From: Christensenellales bacterium
Lineage (GTDB): Bacteria; Bacillota; Clostridia; Christensenellales; Aristaeellaceae
Direction: 5' to 3'
NCBI GenBank assembly: GCA_050953005.1
Contig: JBMNLV010000013.1
Coordinates: forward strand, 29,465 to 93,464
DNA length: 64,000 nt
The translations under genes were made by a program, and so were the position numbers. Below are positions 35,774-44,831 of the stretch, one piece after another (position 1 is the first letter of the stretch; the number at the start of each line of letters is the position of its first letter). The notes below the pieces were generated by a model, which saw only the letters and a list, made by a program, of their open reading frames with translations, ran no database searches and was not told the origin of the DNA.

Positions 35774-36718
35774 TCAGCGGCTGCGCAGGATGGTGCCGGC
35801 CCGGCCCTGCGCGCCCGCCCAGGCTTGCTCCAGGCTGGTGATGACAGCCACGCGACCCGCGCCGCCCTCCACAAAGCGCAGCGCGGCTTCTACCTTGGGC
35901 CCCATGGAGCCGGCGGCAAAATGGCCTTCCTCGAGCCAGGCCCGCATGTCCGCGGCGGAAACCTCGCCCAGCGCCTTTTGCTGCGGCTTGCCGTAATGCA
36001 GGAAGGCCTGCTCAACCTCGGTCAGGATCAGCAGGGTGCCGGCCTGCAGGCCTTCGGCCAGGCGCCAGGCAGCCAGGTCCTTGTCAATCACCGCCGCCAC
36101 GCCCGCCAGGCCATCATCCCGGCGTACCACCGGGATGCCGCCGCCCCCCGCGGCGATGGGCACAAAGCCGGCGGCCAGCAGGGCCTTGACCTGCGCCAAT
36201 TCCACGATCTGAAGCGGCAGCGGGGAGGCTACCACGCGCCGCCAGCCCCGGCCCGAATCCTCGCGGAACACATAGCCCTTCTCCGCCATGATGGCCTCCG
36301 CCTGCTCACAGGTATAAAAGGGGCCGATAGGCTTGGTAGGGTGGTCAAAGGCAGGGTCGCTCCCGTCCACAAGCACCTGGCTGACCAGCGTGACCGGCGC
36401 GCCGGGAATGCCCAGCGCCTGCATCCGCTGGCCCAGGGCCTGCTGGATATGATAGCCGATCAGGCCTTGGCTCATCGCGCCGCACACATCAAAGGGCATG
36501 GCCGGGGTGATGTGCCGGGCCGTCTCGTTTTGCAGCACGATGCGTCCCACCTGCGGCCCGTTGCCGTGCACGATGGCCAGGCGCTGCCCGGTTTTGAGGA
36601 TGCGGGCCAGCTGCGCCGCGGTCCGCCGGACAACAGCCAGCTGGCTGTCCGCGTCATAGGGCCCCTGACCCCGCTGCAGGGCGTTGCCCCCCAGGGCGAC
36701 GACCAGGAGATCATTCAT
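35774..36718 (-). CDS. arcC: carbamate kinase
   Basis: MNDLLVVALGGNALQRG... N-terminus, HGNGPQVG motif, GGGGIPV motif. The ATG overlaps the orr stop (ATGAATGA). The track start at 36742 is an alternative. Confidence 0.8.
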   Translation of the reverse strand: MNDLLVVALGGNALQRGQGPYDADSQLAVVRRTAAQLARILKTGQRLAIVHGNGPQVGRIVLQNETARHITPAMPFDVCGAMSQGLIGYHIQQALGQRMQALGIPGAPVTLVSQVLVDGSDPAFDHPTKPIGPFYTCEQAEAIMAEKGYVFREDSGRGWRRVVASPLPLQIVELAQVKALLAAGFVPIAAGGGGIPVVRRDDGLAGVAAVIDKDLAAWRLAEGLQAGTLLILTEVEQAFLHYGKPQQKALGEVSAADMRAWLEEGHFAAGSMGPKVEAALRFVEGGAGRVAVITSLEQAWAGAQGRAGTILRSR

Positions 36719-37805
36719 GGACAAGGTTTCCTTCCTTATCAAGACAGGATTTCGCCACGTAGGCGCTGGTGTAGGCCCTCAGCAGCGCGCTGTATGTTGG
36801 ATAAAAGCCCAGCACATCCCCGACCCTGTACTCCGGGGCCTGTGTCAGGTCTACCAGCAGGTGGTCGGAGCTGCTGCCCAGCACCCTGATCCGCCCATCC
36901 GCCGGGGTCAGGCCGTCCTGGTCGGTGTCCTGCCGGCCGATGGCCAGGATGCCCCGCGCCATGGGCCCCTGGTCCTCAAAAGACACCGTTTCCCCAAAGG
37001 CATTGGGGCCTGCCTTGCCCACCGGCCTGGAGGGCTTTTCATACACCTCCACCAGGCGGGCAAACAGGGTAAACGCGCGCTGGCTCAGCTGCGCCAGGGG
37101 CTTGCCCACCGAGGTGTCCATGCCCAGCAGCAGCCCTTCGCCCACCCTGAGGTGGTTGATGCCCCCGGGCAGCCTGCCATTCAGCAGCAGGTGCAGGCTG
37201 GAGGAATTGCCGCCGGATACAAGGGGCAGCGGGATGCCGAAATGGTTGCGGATCCGCCGTGCCCATTCCAGCAGGATGCCCATGTTGTTTTCGTCCGGCA
37301 GGATGCCCCCGAAGCAGGTCAGGTTGGCGCCAAGACCTGCCAGGGTCAGCCCCTCCTGGGACAGCGCCAGGGCGGCCGTGTTCAGGATCCGGTTCCCATC
37401 CTGATAGAAGATGCCTTCACGCAGATCCCCCAGGTCGATCATCAGGATGACCTGATGGCGCCTGCCCAGTTTGCGGGCGGCCTTGCCCAGGGCGGCGAGC
37501 GCCTGCGGCGTGGACTGCAGGCTGTATTCACAGCTGCTGACGACTGCCTCTGCCTCCTGCGGGTCGGCGATGCGCAGCAGCATCCTGGGCTTGTCCAGGG
37601 GCAGCCTGTTCAGGTTTGGGATCCGGGCGTCCGCCAGCATATCCACCCCGGCGTCCAGCAGGGCGCGGGCGATGCAGGGCTCTGCGCAAACGCCCTTGGT
37701 GACTGCGGCCAGCTGCACGCCCTGCCTGCGGCAGGCGTCCAGAATGACCCGGGCGTTTTCCTGCAAAATCCCGGTGTCGGCTTGGATCAGGGGCATGTTC
37801 ATCAA
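36711..37805 (-). CDS. orr: ornithine racemase (alanine-racemase-fold PLP enzyme)
   Basis: 364 aa. AAVTKGVCAEPCIARALLDAGVDMLADARIPNL pattern (PLP lysine in VTKG). Position at the end of the ornithine aminomutase cluster. Confidence 0.7.
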   Translation of the reverse strand: MMNMPLIQADTGILQENARVILDACRRQGVQLAAVTKGVCAEPCIARALLDAGVDMLADARIPNLNRLPLDKPRMLLRIADPQEAEAVVSSCEYSLQSTPQALAALGKAARKLGRRHQVILMIDLGDLREGIFYQDGNRILNTAALALSQEGLTLAGLGANLTCFGGILPDENNMGILLEWARRIRNHFGIPLPLVSGGNSSSLHLLLNGRLPGGINHLRVGEGLLLGMDTSVGKPLAQLSQRAFTLFARLVEVYEKPSRPVGKAGPNAFGETVSFEDQGPMARGILAIGRQDTDQDGLTPADGRIRVLGSSSDHLLVDLTQAPEYRVGDVLGFYPTYSALLRAYTSAYVAKSCLDKEGNLVHE

Positions 37806-39169
37806 AGCGTTTCCTCCCTGAGGCTGTCCAGCATCAGATGAAGCGCGGCCTGCGGATGCTCGCGGCTCAGGGTGCCCAGCGCTGCCATAAGGTAATGCCT
37901 GTCGCTGAGCACCCGCAGCGCGCCCGGCTTGGGGTAGAGCATCTTCCCGGCTGTGTTCAGATCGCGCAGCGCGACCAGGATGCCCAGCCGCCCGTCCAGC
38001 CTGGTCAGCGCGCCGCCGGTGGCGATGAGCGTCCCGGCTTCGGTCAGGTCCTTGCCCTGGGCGTAGCGCCTGCGCCCCTCAGGCAGGAAGACCTCGCGCA
38101 GGCTGCCCGCGTGGCGGCGGACGGCCAGGCTGCCCGCTTCCCGGGCCAGGCGGGCGGCCAGGGCTTGCTGGCTGTCCGTTTGCGGGATGGGCGGCCAGTC
38201 CGACAGCAGCGGGGCCGGGTCAACGCCCAGCTCGCGCTCAAGAACGCCATGCCCAATCAAACTCGCCAGCGGCCCGGCGTTGAGGTAGGTGCCCAGGTCG
38301 CCCTCCACGGTGCGCTTGAAAAAGGGCTCCGGCTGGGTCTGGATGCGCGCGATTTCCTCGCTCCCCTGGGTTGCGGAATGCACATCGGTGGTCGCGCCGC
38401 CGATGTCCACCGCCAGCAAATCCCCCAGCGCCGGGTGCAGCACGCGCACTGCCTCCATCACCGCGCCGGGTGTGGGCAGGATGGTGCCGCCCACCATCTC
38501 GCGGATGCGCGCCATGCCGGGCGCCTTGACGATATGCGTTTCAAACAGGTCCTGGATGGCCCGGCGCGCCGGCTCGATGTTGAGCTCGTCCAGGCGGGGA
38601 TAAACATTTTCCACCACGCAAAGCGGCTGGCCTTCCGCCTCAAAGATGCCGCGCGCCTCATCGGCCGCCGCGCAGTTGCCCGCGTACAGCACCGGGATGG
38701 ACAGCCGCAATTCGGCGATCCGGCGCGCGTTGAACACCGCGGTCTCCCGGTCGCCAAAGTCGGTGCCGCCCGCCAGCAGGATCAGGTTGGGGGAGAGCTG
38801 CCTCAGGGCTTTCAGGTCATAGGGCCCCAGTTTGCCCGCCGTGACCTGGCGCACCACCGCGCCCGCGCCCAGGGCTGCCAGCTGCGCCGCGCGCGCGGTC
38901 ATGTCATACACCAGGCCGTGCACGCTCATCGTAAGCCCCCCGGCTGCGCTGGAGGCCGCGAGCATCCTGTCCCAGGACAGCTCGCCCGCGCCAAGGTTTT
39001 GCTTTAAATTGTCCACCGCGGCCTGCAGCCCCAGGGTGACATCGCCCAGGTGGGCCGTGGTGGGCGCCATGCCCTGGCCCGCGAACACCGGCGTCCCGGC
39101 CAGCCCGGCAAAGCCGCTGACCAGGGTGGTGGTGGAGCCGATCTCGGCGACAAGGGCGTCAAGCTTCAT
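37802..39169 (-). CDS. GlmL/MutL-like protein (putative aminomutase reactivating factor)
   Basis: 455 aa. MKLDALVAEIGSTTTLVSGF... and DIGGATTDVHS (ASKHA-fold phosphate motifs) as in glutamate mutase MutL/GlmL. Sits between oraE and orr, as in described ornithine clusters. Confidence 0.7.
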   Translation of the reverse strand: MKLDALVAEIGSTTTLVSGFAGLAGTPVFAGQGMAPTTAHLGDVTLGLQAAVDNLKQNLGAGELSWDRMLAASSAAGGLTMSVHGLVYDMTARAAQLAALGAGAVVRQVTAGKLGPYDLKALRQLSPNLILLAGGTDFGDRETAVFNARRIAELRLSIPVLYAGNCAAADEARGIFEAEGQPLCVVENVYPRLDELNIEPARRAIQDLFETHIVKAPGMARIREMVGGTILPTPGAVMEAVRVLHPALGDLLAVDIGGATTDVHSATQGSEEIARIQTQPEPFFKRTVEGDLGTYLNAGPLASLIGHGVLERELGVDPAPLLSDWPPIPQTDSQQALAARLAREAGSLAVRRHAGSLREVFLPEGRRRYAQGKDLTEAGTLIATGGALTRLDGRLGILVALRDLNTAGKMLYPKPGALRVLSDRHYLMAALGTLSREHPQAALHLMLDSLREETL

Positions 39170-39178
39170 GCGGGTTCC

Positions 39179-41392
39179 TTAGAGCTTCTTCCTCATTTTG
39201 ACCAGCGCGGTGGCCACATGCACGCCCTTGGAGCCCCGGCCGAAACCCTCGTCGGCGCCGGCCTCGCGCGCCAATTCGGAGCTTACCTGGGTGCCGCCGG
39301 CCAGGAAGACCAGCCTGTCGCGCACGCCCATCTCGCGCGCCAGGCGGTCAACCAGCGCGATGTTCTTGTAGTGGATGTTGTCATGGCTGATGATGGCCGA
39401 GGCCAGGATGGCGTCCGCGCCCAGCTCAATGGCGGCGTTGACCAGCTTTTCCGGCGGTACGCTGGTGCCCAGGTAGTGCACCTTGATGCCGTATTTCTCT
39501 ATGCCGCCGTGCTTGATGTCGATGATCTCGCGCAGGCCTACGGAGTGCTCGTCCTCGCCCACCGTGCCGGCGACCACGCTCATGGGGTGTTCCTGAATAG
39601 CTTGGCGGATTTGTTCCTCATCCAGCACCTCGGGGTCCCTGGGGATTACCAGCTCATCCACCTTCAGTGTAAAGGGCAGCCTGCCCTTGAGCTCAATGCG
39701 GGTGCCTTCCGCCGGGTGCATGATCTCCACCGAGATGACCTCGGGCTCCTCCAGGTTCATCCTGCGCGCGGCTTCCAGGGCCGCGGCCTGGGCCAGCTTG
39801 GCCTCCACGGGGAAAAAGAAGGTCAGCATCACTATGCCGTCGCCCAGCCATTCCATCTCGGGCTTGACCAGCCGGCTGCCGGGCCGGCGCAGGTGCTCCG
39901 TTTGCTCCATGCGGCGGTGGACATTGTCCTCCTCATCCAGCTCGTCAATGTAGCTGATCAGGTCAGGGTTCTGGAAGGTGCACCCGCCAATCAGCCGCGC
40001 GGGGTCCTCCCCCTGCTTGAGGCCGTACTGCGCGGTGTTGTTGTAGCCATAGTGCGCGGTGACCGGCGCCAGGTAATCGGCCTCGCGGCGCACCAGGGTG
40101 CCCGCGCCGACGCCGCCGTCCGCCTGGCGGGCGATGCCGTCGCCATTGCGCTCCGGATAGTAGCCGGAATCCACGAACTGGCCCATCTCAACCGCCTGGA
40201 AATAGCCGCCCTGGCTGAGCATTTCCTCCATGTACAGGATGGCGCGCTCCTTGAGCTCGCGCGCCTTCCGGCGCAGGGGGCCGTCCTCCTTCAGCTGCAC
40301 CATCTGCATCAGCCCGTCCAGGCCGACCAGGGTCTGCTTGGCGGTGTCGCAGGCCTCGATATTGTAAATGTGCCAGGGGACGTTGCGCCCCTCGTCCGGC
40401 GTGATGGTGGACTGGATGTCCGCCGAGGTCAGCTTGGAAATCAGCATGTTGAGCACATGGGTGACGGTGGCCTCGCGGGTGGAGGACTGGATGTACTTGG
40501 TGTTCATCTGCGCGCGCATGCGGAAGCCTTTGAACAGCTCGCGCAGCGCCACGGCGTAGGGCAGGTCCATGAACACGCAGGGCGCGGGGGTGGCGGTGGG
40601 CGGCACGGTGGACAGGCAGATCAAATCAGGCCGCATGCCGCAGCCCAAGGAGAACTGGCTGTTGATGGCGTGCTGCACCATCAGTTCGGGCATGACCTTC
40701 CAGGCGTCCCGGGAGGTGGCGTTGGCGTTGTGCGCGCCGTCGATCTGCGCCATGCCGCCCCAGGCCATGACGGTCTTGGACTCGCAGGCGTCCACAAAGG
40801 AACGCAGCATATTGATGTTCCGGTACAGCACGTTGTACTGGGGGTCCTGATGCGCGCCGTTGACGCCCTCCTCCGCGAACATCACGGCAATCTCAGGCCC
40901 GGCGACGCCGGAGACATAGGAATGGTAGTTGATGGGCCGGCCAACCTCGTCCTCGATCAGATCCAGGGCCTTGCGCTGGGCGCGCACCTGCTTGCGGGTG
41001 ATGGGCACGCCGCCCACGCCCTGGGGAGTGCCTTCAATCAGGCTGTCAAAATGGCTCTGGCCCGCGGTGCGGATGACCATGATATGGTCGGCGCCGTGGT
41101 GGGCTGCCATGCGCATGCGGCGGATGTCATCCTCAAACCGGCCGGAAGCGATCTCCGTTGTGATGACCGGCGCTGGCTGAGGGTCGATGCCGCCGAAATG
41201 ATGGGCGGGCGGCAGCGGCACAGAGCGCTTGAGCGGCTCGGAGGCGTCATGGTAAACAAAATCGCCCATTTTGAGGCCCGGCGCGGGCTTGCGCCAGGTC
41301 CAGCCGCGGCGGCGCGGGCGGTAGTGCTCCAGATCCTTCAGGATCTCGCGCACATCCAGCGCGCTGTCCGGGTCCAAACGGTACTCAGCCAT
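39179..41392 (-). CDS. oraE: D-ornithine 4,5-aminomutase subunit E (B12- and PLP-dependent)
   Basis: 737 aa. C-terminal cobalamin-binding domain with DxHxxG variant GEDEHSVGLREI. N-terminal TIM-barrel part typical of OraE/KamD-like aminomutases. The 816-aa plus-strand ORF is its antisense shadow. Confidence 0.85.
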   Translation of the reverse strand: MAEYRLDPDSALDVREILKDLEHYRPRRRGWTWRKPAPGLKMGDFVYHDASEPLKRSVPLPPAHHFGGIDPQPAPVITTEIASGRFEDDIRRMRMAAHHGADHIMVIRTAGQSHFDSLIEGTPQGVGGVPITRKQVRAQRKALDLIEDEVGRPINYHSYVSGVAGPEIAVMFAEEGVNGAHQDPQYNVLYRNINMLRSFVDACESKTVMAWGGMAQIDGAHNANATSRDAWKVMPELMVQHAINSQFSLGCGMRPDLICLSTVPPTATPAPCVFMDLPYAVALRELFKGFRMRAQMNTKYIQSSTREATVTHVLNMLISKLTSADIQSTITPDEGRNVPWHIYNIEACDTAKQTLVGLDGLMQMVQLKEDGPLRRKARELKERAILYMEEMLSQGGYFQAVEMGQFVDSGYYPERNGDGIARQADGGVGAGTLVRREADYLAPVTAHYGYNNTAQYGLKQGEDPARLIGGCTFQNPDLISYIDELDEEDNVHRRMEQTEHLRRPGSRLVKPEMEWLGDGIVMLTFFFPVEAKLAQAAALEAARRMNLEEPEVISVEIMHPAEGTRIELKGRLPFTLKVDELVIPRDPEVLDEEQIRQAIQEHPMSVVAGTVGEDEHSVGLREIIDIKHGGIEKYGIKVHYLGTSVPPEKLVNAAIELGADAILASAIISHDNIHYKNIALVDRLAREMGVRDRLVFLAGGTQVSSELAREAGADEGFGRGSKGVHVATALVKMRKKL

Positions 41393-41756
41393 GGCGCGCT
41401 CCTTTCCGGAACATTGCGCGGATGTCCTGCCAGTCCTCCAGGGCGATCAGCCTCTGTCCCGCCTCGCGGATGCCCAGGCCCCAGGCGCCGGCCGCCTTGA
41501 ACACCACATGCCCGGCTCCGTGGCCCAGCAGCCCGTGCTCCAGGCATTTGCCCACCAGCGCCCCGGCTTCCAGGGAGGAAAAACCCATGCGCAGCAGCAC
41601 GCTGCGCTCAATGGAGGGGGAGGTATACTCACGGCCCATTTCCAGCAGCGGGTCGGTCAGCTCCTTGGCCAATTCCCAGAAGCGCGCGTAAAGCGCCTCA
41701 TCGCTGAGCCCCTTCAGGTGGGCGGCGCGCGCCGTGTAATCATCAGTTCGTTTCAT
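41385..41756 (-). CDS. oraS: D-ornithine 4,5-aminomutase subunit S
   Basis: 123 aa from MKRTDDYTARAAHLKGLSDEALYARFWELA.... Size and position immediately upstream of oraE (8-nt overlap). Confidence 0.8.
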   Translation of the reverse strand: MKRTDDYTARAAHLKGLSDEALYARFWELAKELTDPLLEMGREYTSPSIERSVLLRMGFSSLEAGALVGKCLEHGLLGHGAGHVVFKAAGAWGLGIREAGQRLIALEDWQDIRAMFRKGARHG

Positions 41757-43173
41757 TGCTTTCCTCGCTTTCCTCCAGCAGCTGCGAGATGGCCTGCCTG
41801 ACAAAGGCGGGGCTTGTGCGCGTTTCCGCGGCCAGGAAGGCCATGTCATCCTTCCCCGGCATGTCCTTTTTGCCTGCCAGGGCTTTGTGGATCAGGGAGC
41901 GGCGCAGGCGGTTGACATCCACCTCCGCGGCCTGCAGCTGGCCCGGATGCTCGGGCAGCACGATGCTCTGCCCCGGAACCTGTCCGGCCGGGTCGCCCAC
42001 CCGGATGTCGATGCCATGCTCCCTCGCGAAGGCCAGCTGCGCGTTTTGATGCTTGCCGGCGCCGGTATACTCGGTCTCCTGCACCACCAGCAGCGCGTCC
42101 TGCGGCAGCTCGCGCGCCAGGGAGAAGGCCGCGGCCAGGCTGGTGTTGCCGGCAGGCCCCCGCTCCATGCCCTCCAGGATGGACAGCATCTCAGTCATGT
42201 AGAATACCTCGCCCTGGGTGAGGGTGACATAGCGCTCCATATAGCGCAAGGGGCGCGCAGCGGAGCGCGGCACGTCGGAGCGGTCCGGCCAGGTGGAAAA
42301 GGGCATGCCGAAGCCCGTATGCCCGGTCGTGAAGGATTTTCGGTTGAACTGGGTATCGCTGGCCATGTGCAGGCCCTTGAGGTCAACGCTGGCCGCCACC
42401 ACAGGCGCCCCGCAGCCGGCTTTTTGCATGCCGCGCGCGGTGCCCGTCAGGTTGCCGCCCCCGGCGTTGGTGGCGACCACCATGTCCGGCGCCCGGCCGA
42501 ACTTCTGCCGGCACTGCTGTGTCAATTCGTACCCCAGGGATTCCACGCCCTGGATGCCGTAGGGGGTATACAAAGAGGCGTTGAAGTAACCGGTGTCCTC
42601 CAGCAGGCGCAAAAAGACATAGAACAGCTCCGGTCCCACGCTCAGCTGGACAACCTCGGCGCCCAGGGCTTCGCACTTGCGCGCCTTCTCAACGATCTCG
42701 GGCTGGCCGATGCCCCGGGAATCGTAGCATTCCTGCACCACGATGCACTTGAGCCCGGCCTTGGCGCAGCAGGAAGCCACTGCCGCGCCGTAGTTGCCGC
42801 TGGTGGCGGTGATGACGCCCTTGTAGCCCATTTCCCCGGCCATGTGGACGGACAGCGCGGCGCGGCGCGCCTTGAAGGAGCCGGATGGGTTGCAGGCCTC
42901 ATCCTTGACAAGGATGCGCGCGCCCTGCCCCTCCGGCGCGTATTTGCGCGCCAGGGCCGTGATGTTGCGCAATTCCAGCAAGGGGGTGTCCCCGACGTTA
43001 AAGGAGCGCATGACGTCCATCACCTGCTGCATGGACAGCCCGGTGGCCGCCATCATGCCCTCATAGTCAAAGCCGATGCCGCCGGACTCAAACCGGCTGT
43101 AGTCCAGCCCCACGGCTGATTTCATGATCTGATTCCTGCGCGCCATGACGGCGCTGTAGCTGTTGTCCCTCAT
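41743..43173 (-). CDS. ortB: 2-amino-4-ketopentanoate thiolase beta subunit (PLP enzyme)
   Basis: 476 aa from MRDNSYSAV.... Tryptophan-synthase-beta-like PLP fold (KDEACNPSGSFKARRA, TSGNYGAA). Internal start chosen because the 66 upstream codons overlap ortA in a Gly/Arg-rich frame. Confidence 0.8.
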   Translation of the reverse strand: MRDNSYSAVMARRNQIMKSAVGLDYSRFESGGIGFDYEGMMAATGLSMQQVMDVMRSFNVGDTPLLELRNITALARKYAPEGQGARILVKDEACNPSGSFKARRAALSVHMAGEMGYKGVITATSGNYGAAVASCCAKAGLKCIVVQECYDSRGIGQPEIVEKARKCEALGAEVVQLSVGPELFYVFLRLLEDTGYFNASLYTPYGIQGVESLGYELTQQCRQKFGRAPDMVVATNAGGGNLTGTARGMQKAGCGAPVVAASVDLKGLHMASDTQFNRKSFTTGHTGFGMPFSTWPDRSDVPRSAARPLRYMERYVTLTQGEVFYMTEMLSILEGMERGPAGNTSLAAAFSLARELPQDALLVVQETEYTGAGKHQNAQLAFAREHGIDIRVGDPAGQVPGQSIVLPEHPGQLQAAEVDVNRLRRSLIHKALAGKKDMPGKDDMAFLAAETRTSPAFVRQAISQLLEESEESNETN

Positions 43174-43475
43174 GGCCTGTCCTCCCCGCCCCACATGGCC
43201 CGGCGGATGCCCTCCTGCACCTTGAGCAGTTCGGGAATGAAGCCGCCGAAACCGTGGTGGTAGGCCGGCGCCTCCTCGACCAGGGCGCCCGACACCAGGC
43301 GTCCGGTGCGCGTGATGACCTGCGCGGGCTGCCCGGCGTCCGCGTCGGCTGTCAGCCGGCCCTTGACCCACTGGACCAGGGGAACCCCGGCGGTATCCTC
43401 GGGCACCTGCGGCGCGCGCCGGCCCGGCTGCAGAATGGTGCTTTGCACCAGAACCCAGTCACCTTTTTTAGCCAT
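43170..43475 (-). CDS. ortA: 2-amino-4-ketopentanoate thiolase alpha subunit
   Basis: 101 aa from MAKKGDWVLVQSTIL... with a GGAGGG RBS. Small subunit gene between ord and ortB. Confidence 0.75.
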   Translation of the reverse strand: MAKKGDWVLVQSTILQPGRRAPQVPEDTAGVPLVQWVKGRLTADADAGQPAQVITRTGRLVSGALVEEAPAYHHGFGGFIPELLKVQEGIRRAMWGGEDRP

Positions 43476-44529
43476 TTTGTCCCTCCGCAAAAGCGATCTC
43501 ACGGTAGTCGCCCATCACGCAGCGGGGCACCGGGATGTCCAGCATGGTCAGCAGGCCCGGCCGCGCGGCCACCACAAAGGGCAGCACGTTGCAGGCCATG
43601 GCAATGGTGCCCAGCCCGCCGTTGACCTCGGGCTTGACCGCCATGGAGATGGGCGGCTCGCCGCTGAGGACAATGTAGTCCCCGGTATCCACGCCCACCT
43701 GTTCAGGCTCGATCTGCTGGGGATGGATGAGCGCGATGCGCTCCTGCTCCCCGTCCATGGCCTGGGCGGTCATGCTGACGCCGGCGACATGCCCCCTGGG
43801 CGCGAAGCCGTGGGGGCTTTTGCGGTCAACCTCCGTGATGATGGGCAGCATCTGCTGCTCCAGGCGGTCATACTCAAGGCCCAGGGCCCTGGCGATCATC
43901 GCGGCGGACTCGTGGAAGCCCACGTGCCCGGCCAGGCTGCCGTCCCTGACGCCCAGGTCAAACTGCTCCGGCGTGATGCCGATGCCCTGTTCCTTCATGA
44001 CGGTCTCGCCAAAGGGGCTCAGCGAGTTGACGCGCTCGCAGCGCACATGGTCCACACGCGTCATGGCGCCGGACAGGCAGACCGCCAGCAGGTCCATCAT
44101 CAGCCCGGGATTGATGCCGGTGCCCAGGATGCTGACCTTGTGCTCGCGCGCCAGCTCATCCATCTCCCGGGCCAGTTCGGGGTACCGGGCCGCGGGGTAG
44201 CTCATCTCCTCGGCGATGGTGACCACGTTGATGCCGCGGGTGACCACCTCGCGGATCTTGGGAAAGACATCCTTTACGAAGGAATCGGTCGCGATCACGC
44301 AGCAGTCGACGGGCGCGTCGGCCAGGGCGCGGGCGATGTCCGGCGTGACCGCTACGGGCCCGCGCCCCTCGGGGTTGATGCCCAGCAGCTCATAGACAGA
44401 CCGCCCGGCAAAACCCTCGTAATGGTCGCAGACGCCCGCAATCTCAACGCCTTCGCGCTCCAGAAGCAGCCTGGCGATGCCTTTGCCCATCGCGCCAAAG
44501 CCCCACAAGGCCACACGTACCTTCCTCAT
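43468..44529 (-). CDS. ord: 2,4-diaminopentanoate dehydrogenase
   Basis: 353 aa from MRKVRVALWGFGAMGKGIARLLL (Rossmann motif), AAGGAGG RBS. Dihydrodipicolinate-reductase-like fold pattern. First gene of the cluster. Confidence 0.8.
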   Translation of the reverse strand: MRKVRVALWGFGAMGKGIARLLLEREGVEIAGVCDHYEGFAGRSVYELLGINPEGRGPVAVTPDIARALADAPVDCCVIATDSFVKDVFPKIREVVTRGINVVTIAEEMSYPAARYPELAREMDELAREHKVSILGTGINPGLMMDLLAVCLSGAMTRVDHVRCERVNSLSPFGETVMKEQGIGITPEQFDLGVRDGSLAGHVGFHESAAMIARALGLEYDRLEQQMLPIITEVDRKSPHGFAPRGHVAGVSMTAQAMDGEQERIALIHPQQIEPEQVGVDTGDYIVLSGEPPISMAVKPEVNGGLGTIAMACNVLPFVVAARPGLLTMLDIPVPRCVMGDYREIAFAEGQNG

Positions 44530-44831
44530 ATTGCCTCCTTGAATGACAGTCCGCCTGTTGTTCTGACAAGATTCTACCATGTTTGGCGGCTGGTGTATAT
44601 ACATGATGCATAAAACGGCCCGGGCTTTTTCAAAGACAAAGGCCTTGAATCATCAGGGATTTCAATGAAAAGAGAGCTGCCCGTCCCGGAAGGGAAAAAT
44701 CACAGATGTATAAAATCGGGCGGAACTGCCTGAAACGTCCTTGTCCAGGATGCCCATCCGTGCTACATTTGACGAAGAATATACCGCGATGAATCAACGC
44801 GCCTTGACGCGCGGGTAAAAGGAGCAAGCCG

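Noticed and set aside
39050-41500. 816-aa plus-strand ORF and many other long ORFs opposite real genes (for example 508..1272, 12230..13258, 14475..15515, 15980..16894, 31031..32593, 34262..35560, 35744..36889, 36684..37841, 37838..39007, 41887..43119, 43306..44613, 44763..45791, 49057..50478, 50090..51193, 52562..53971, 54626..55813, 56309..57352)
   Set aside because: They lie antisense to genes with clear family signatures, are rich in Arg, Gly, Ala, His, Pro and Gln, and show no recognisable motifs. These are typical shadow ORFs of GC-rich DNA.
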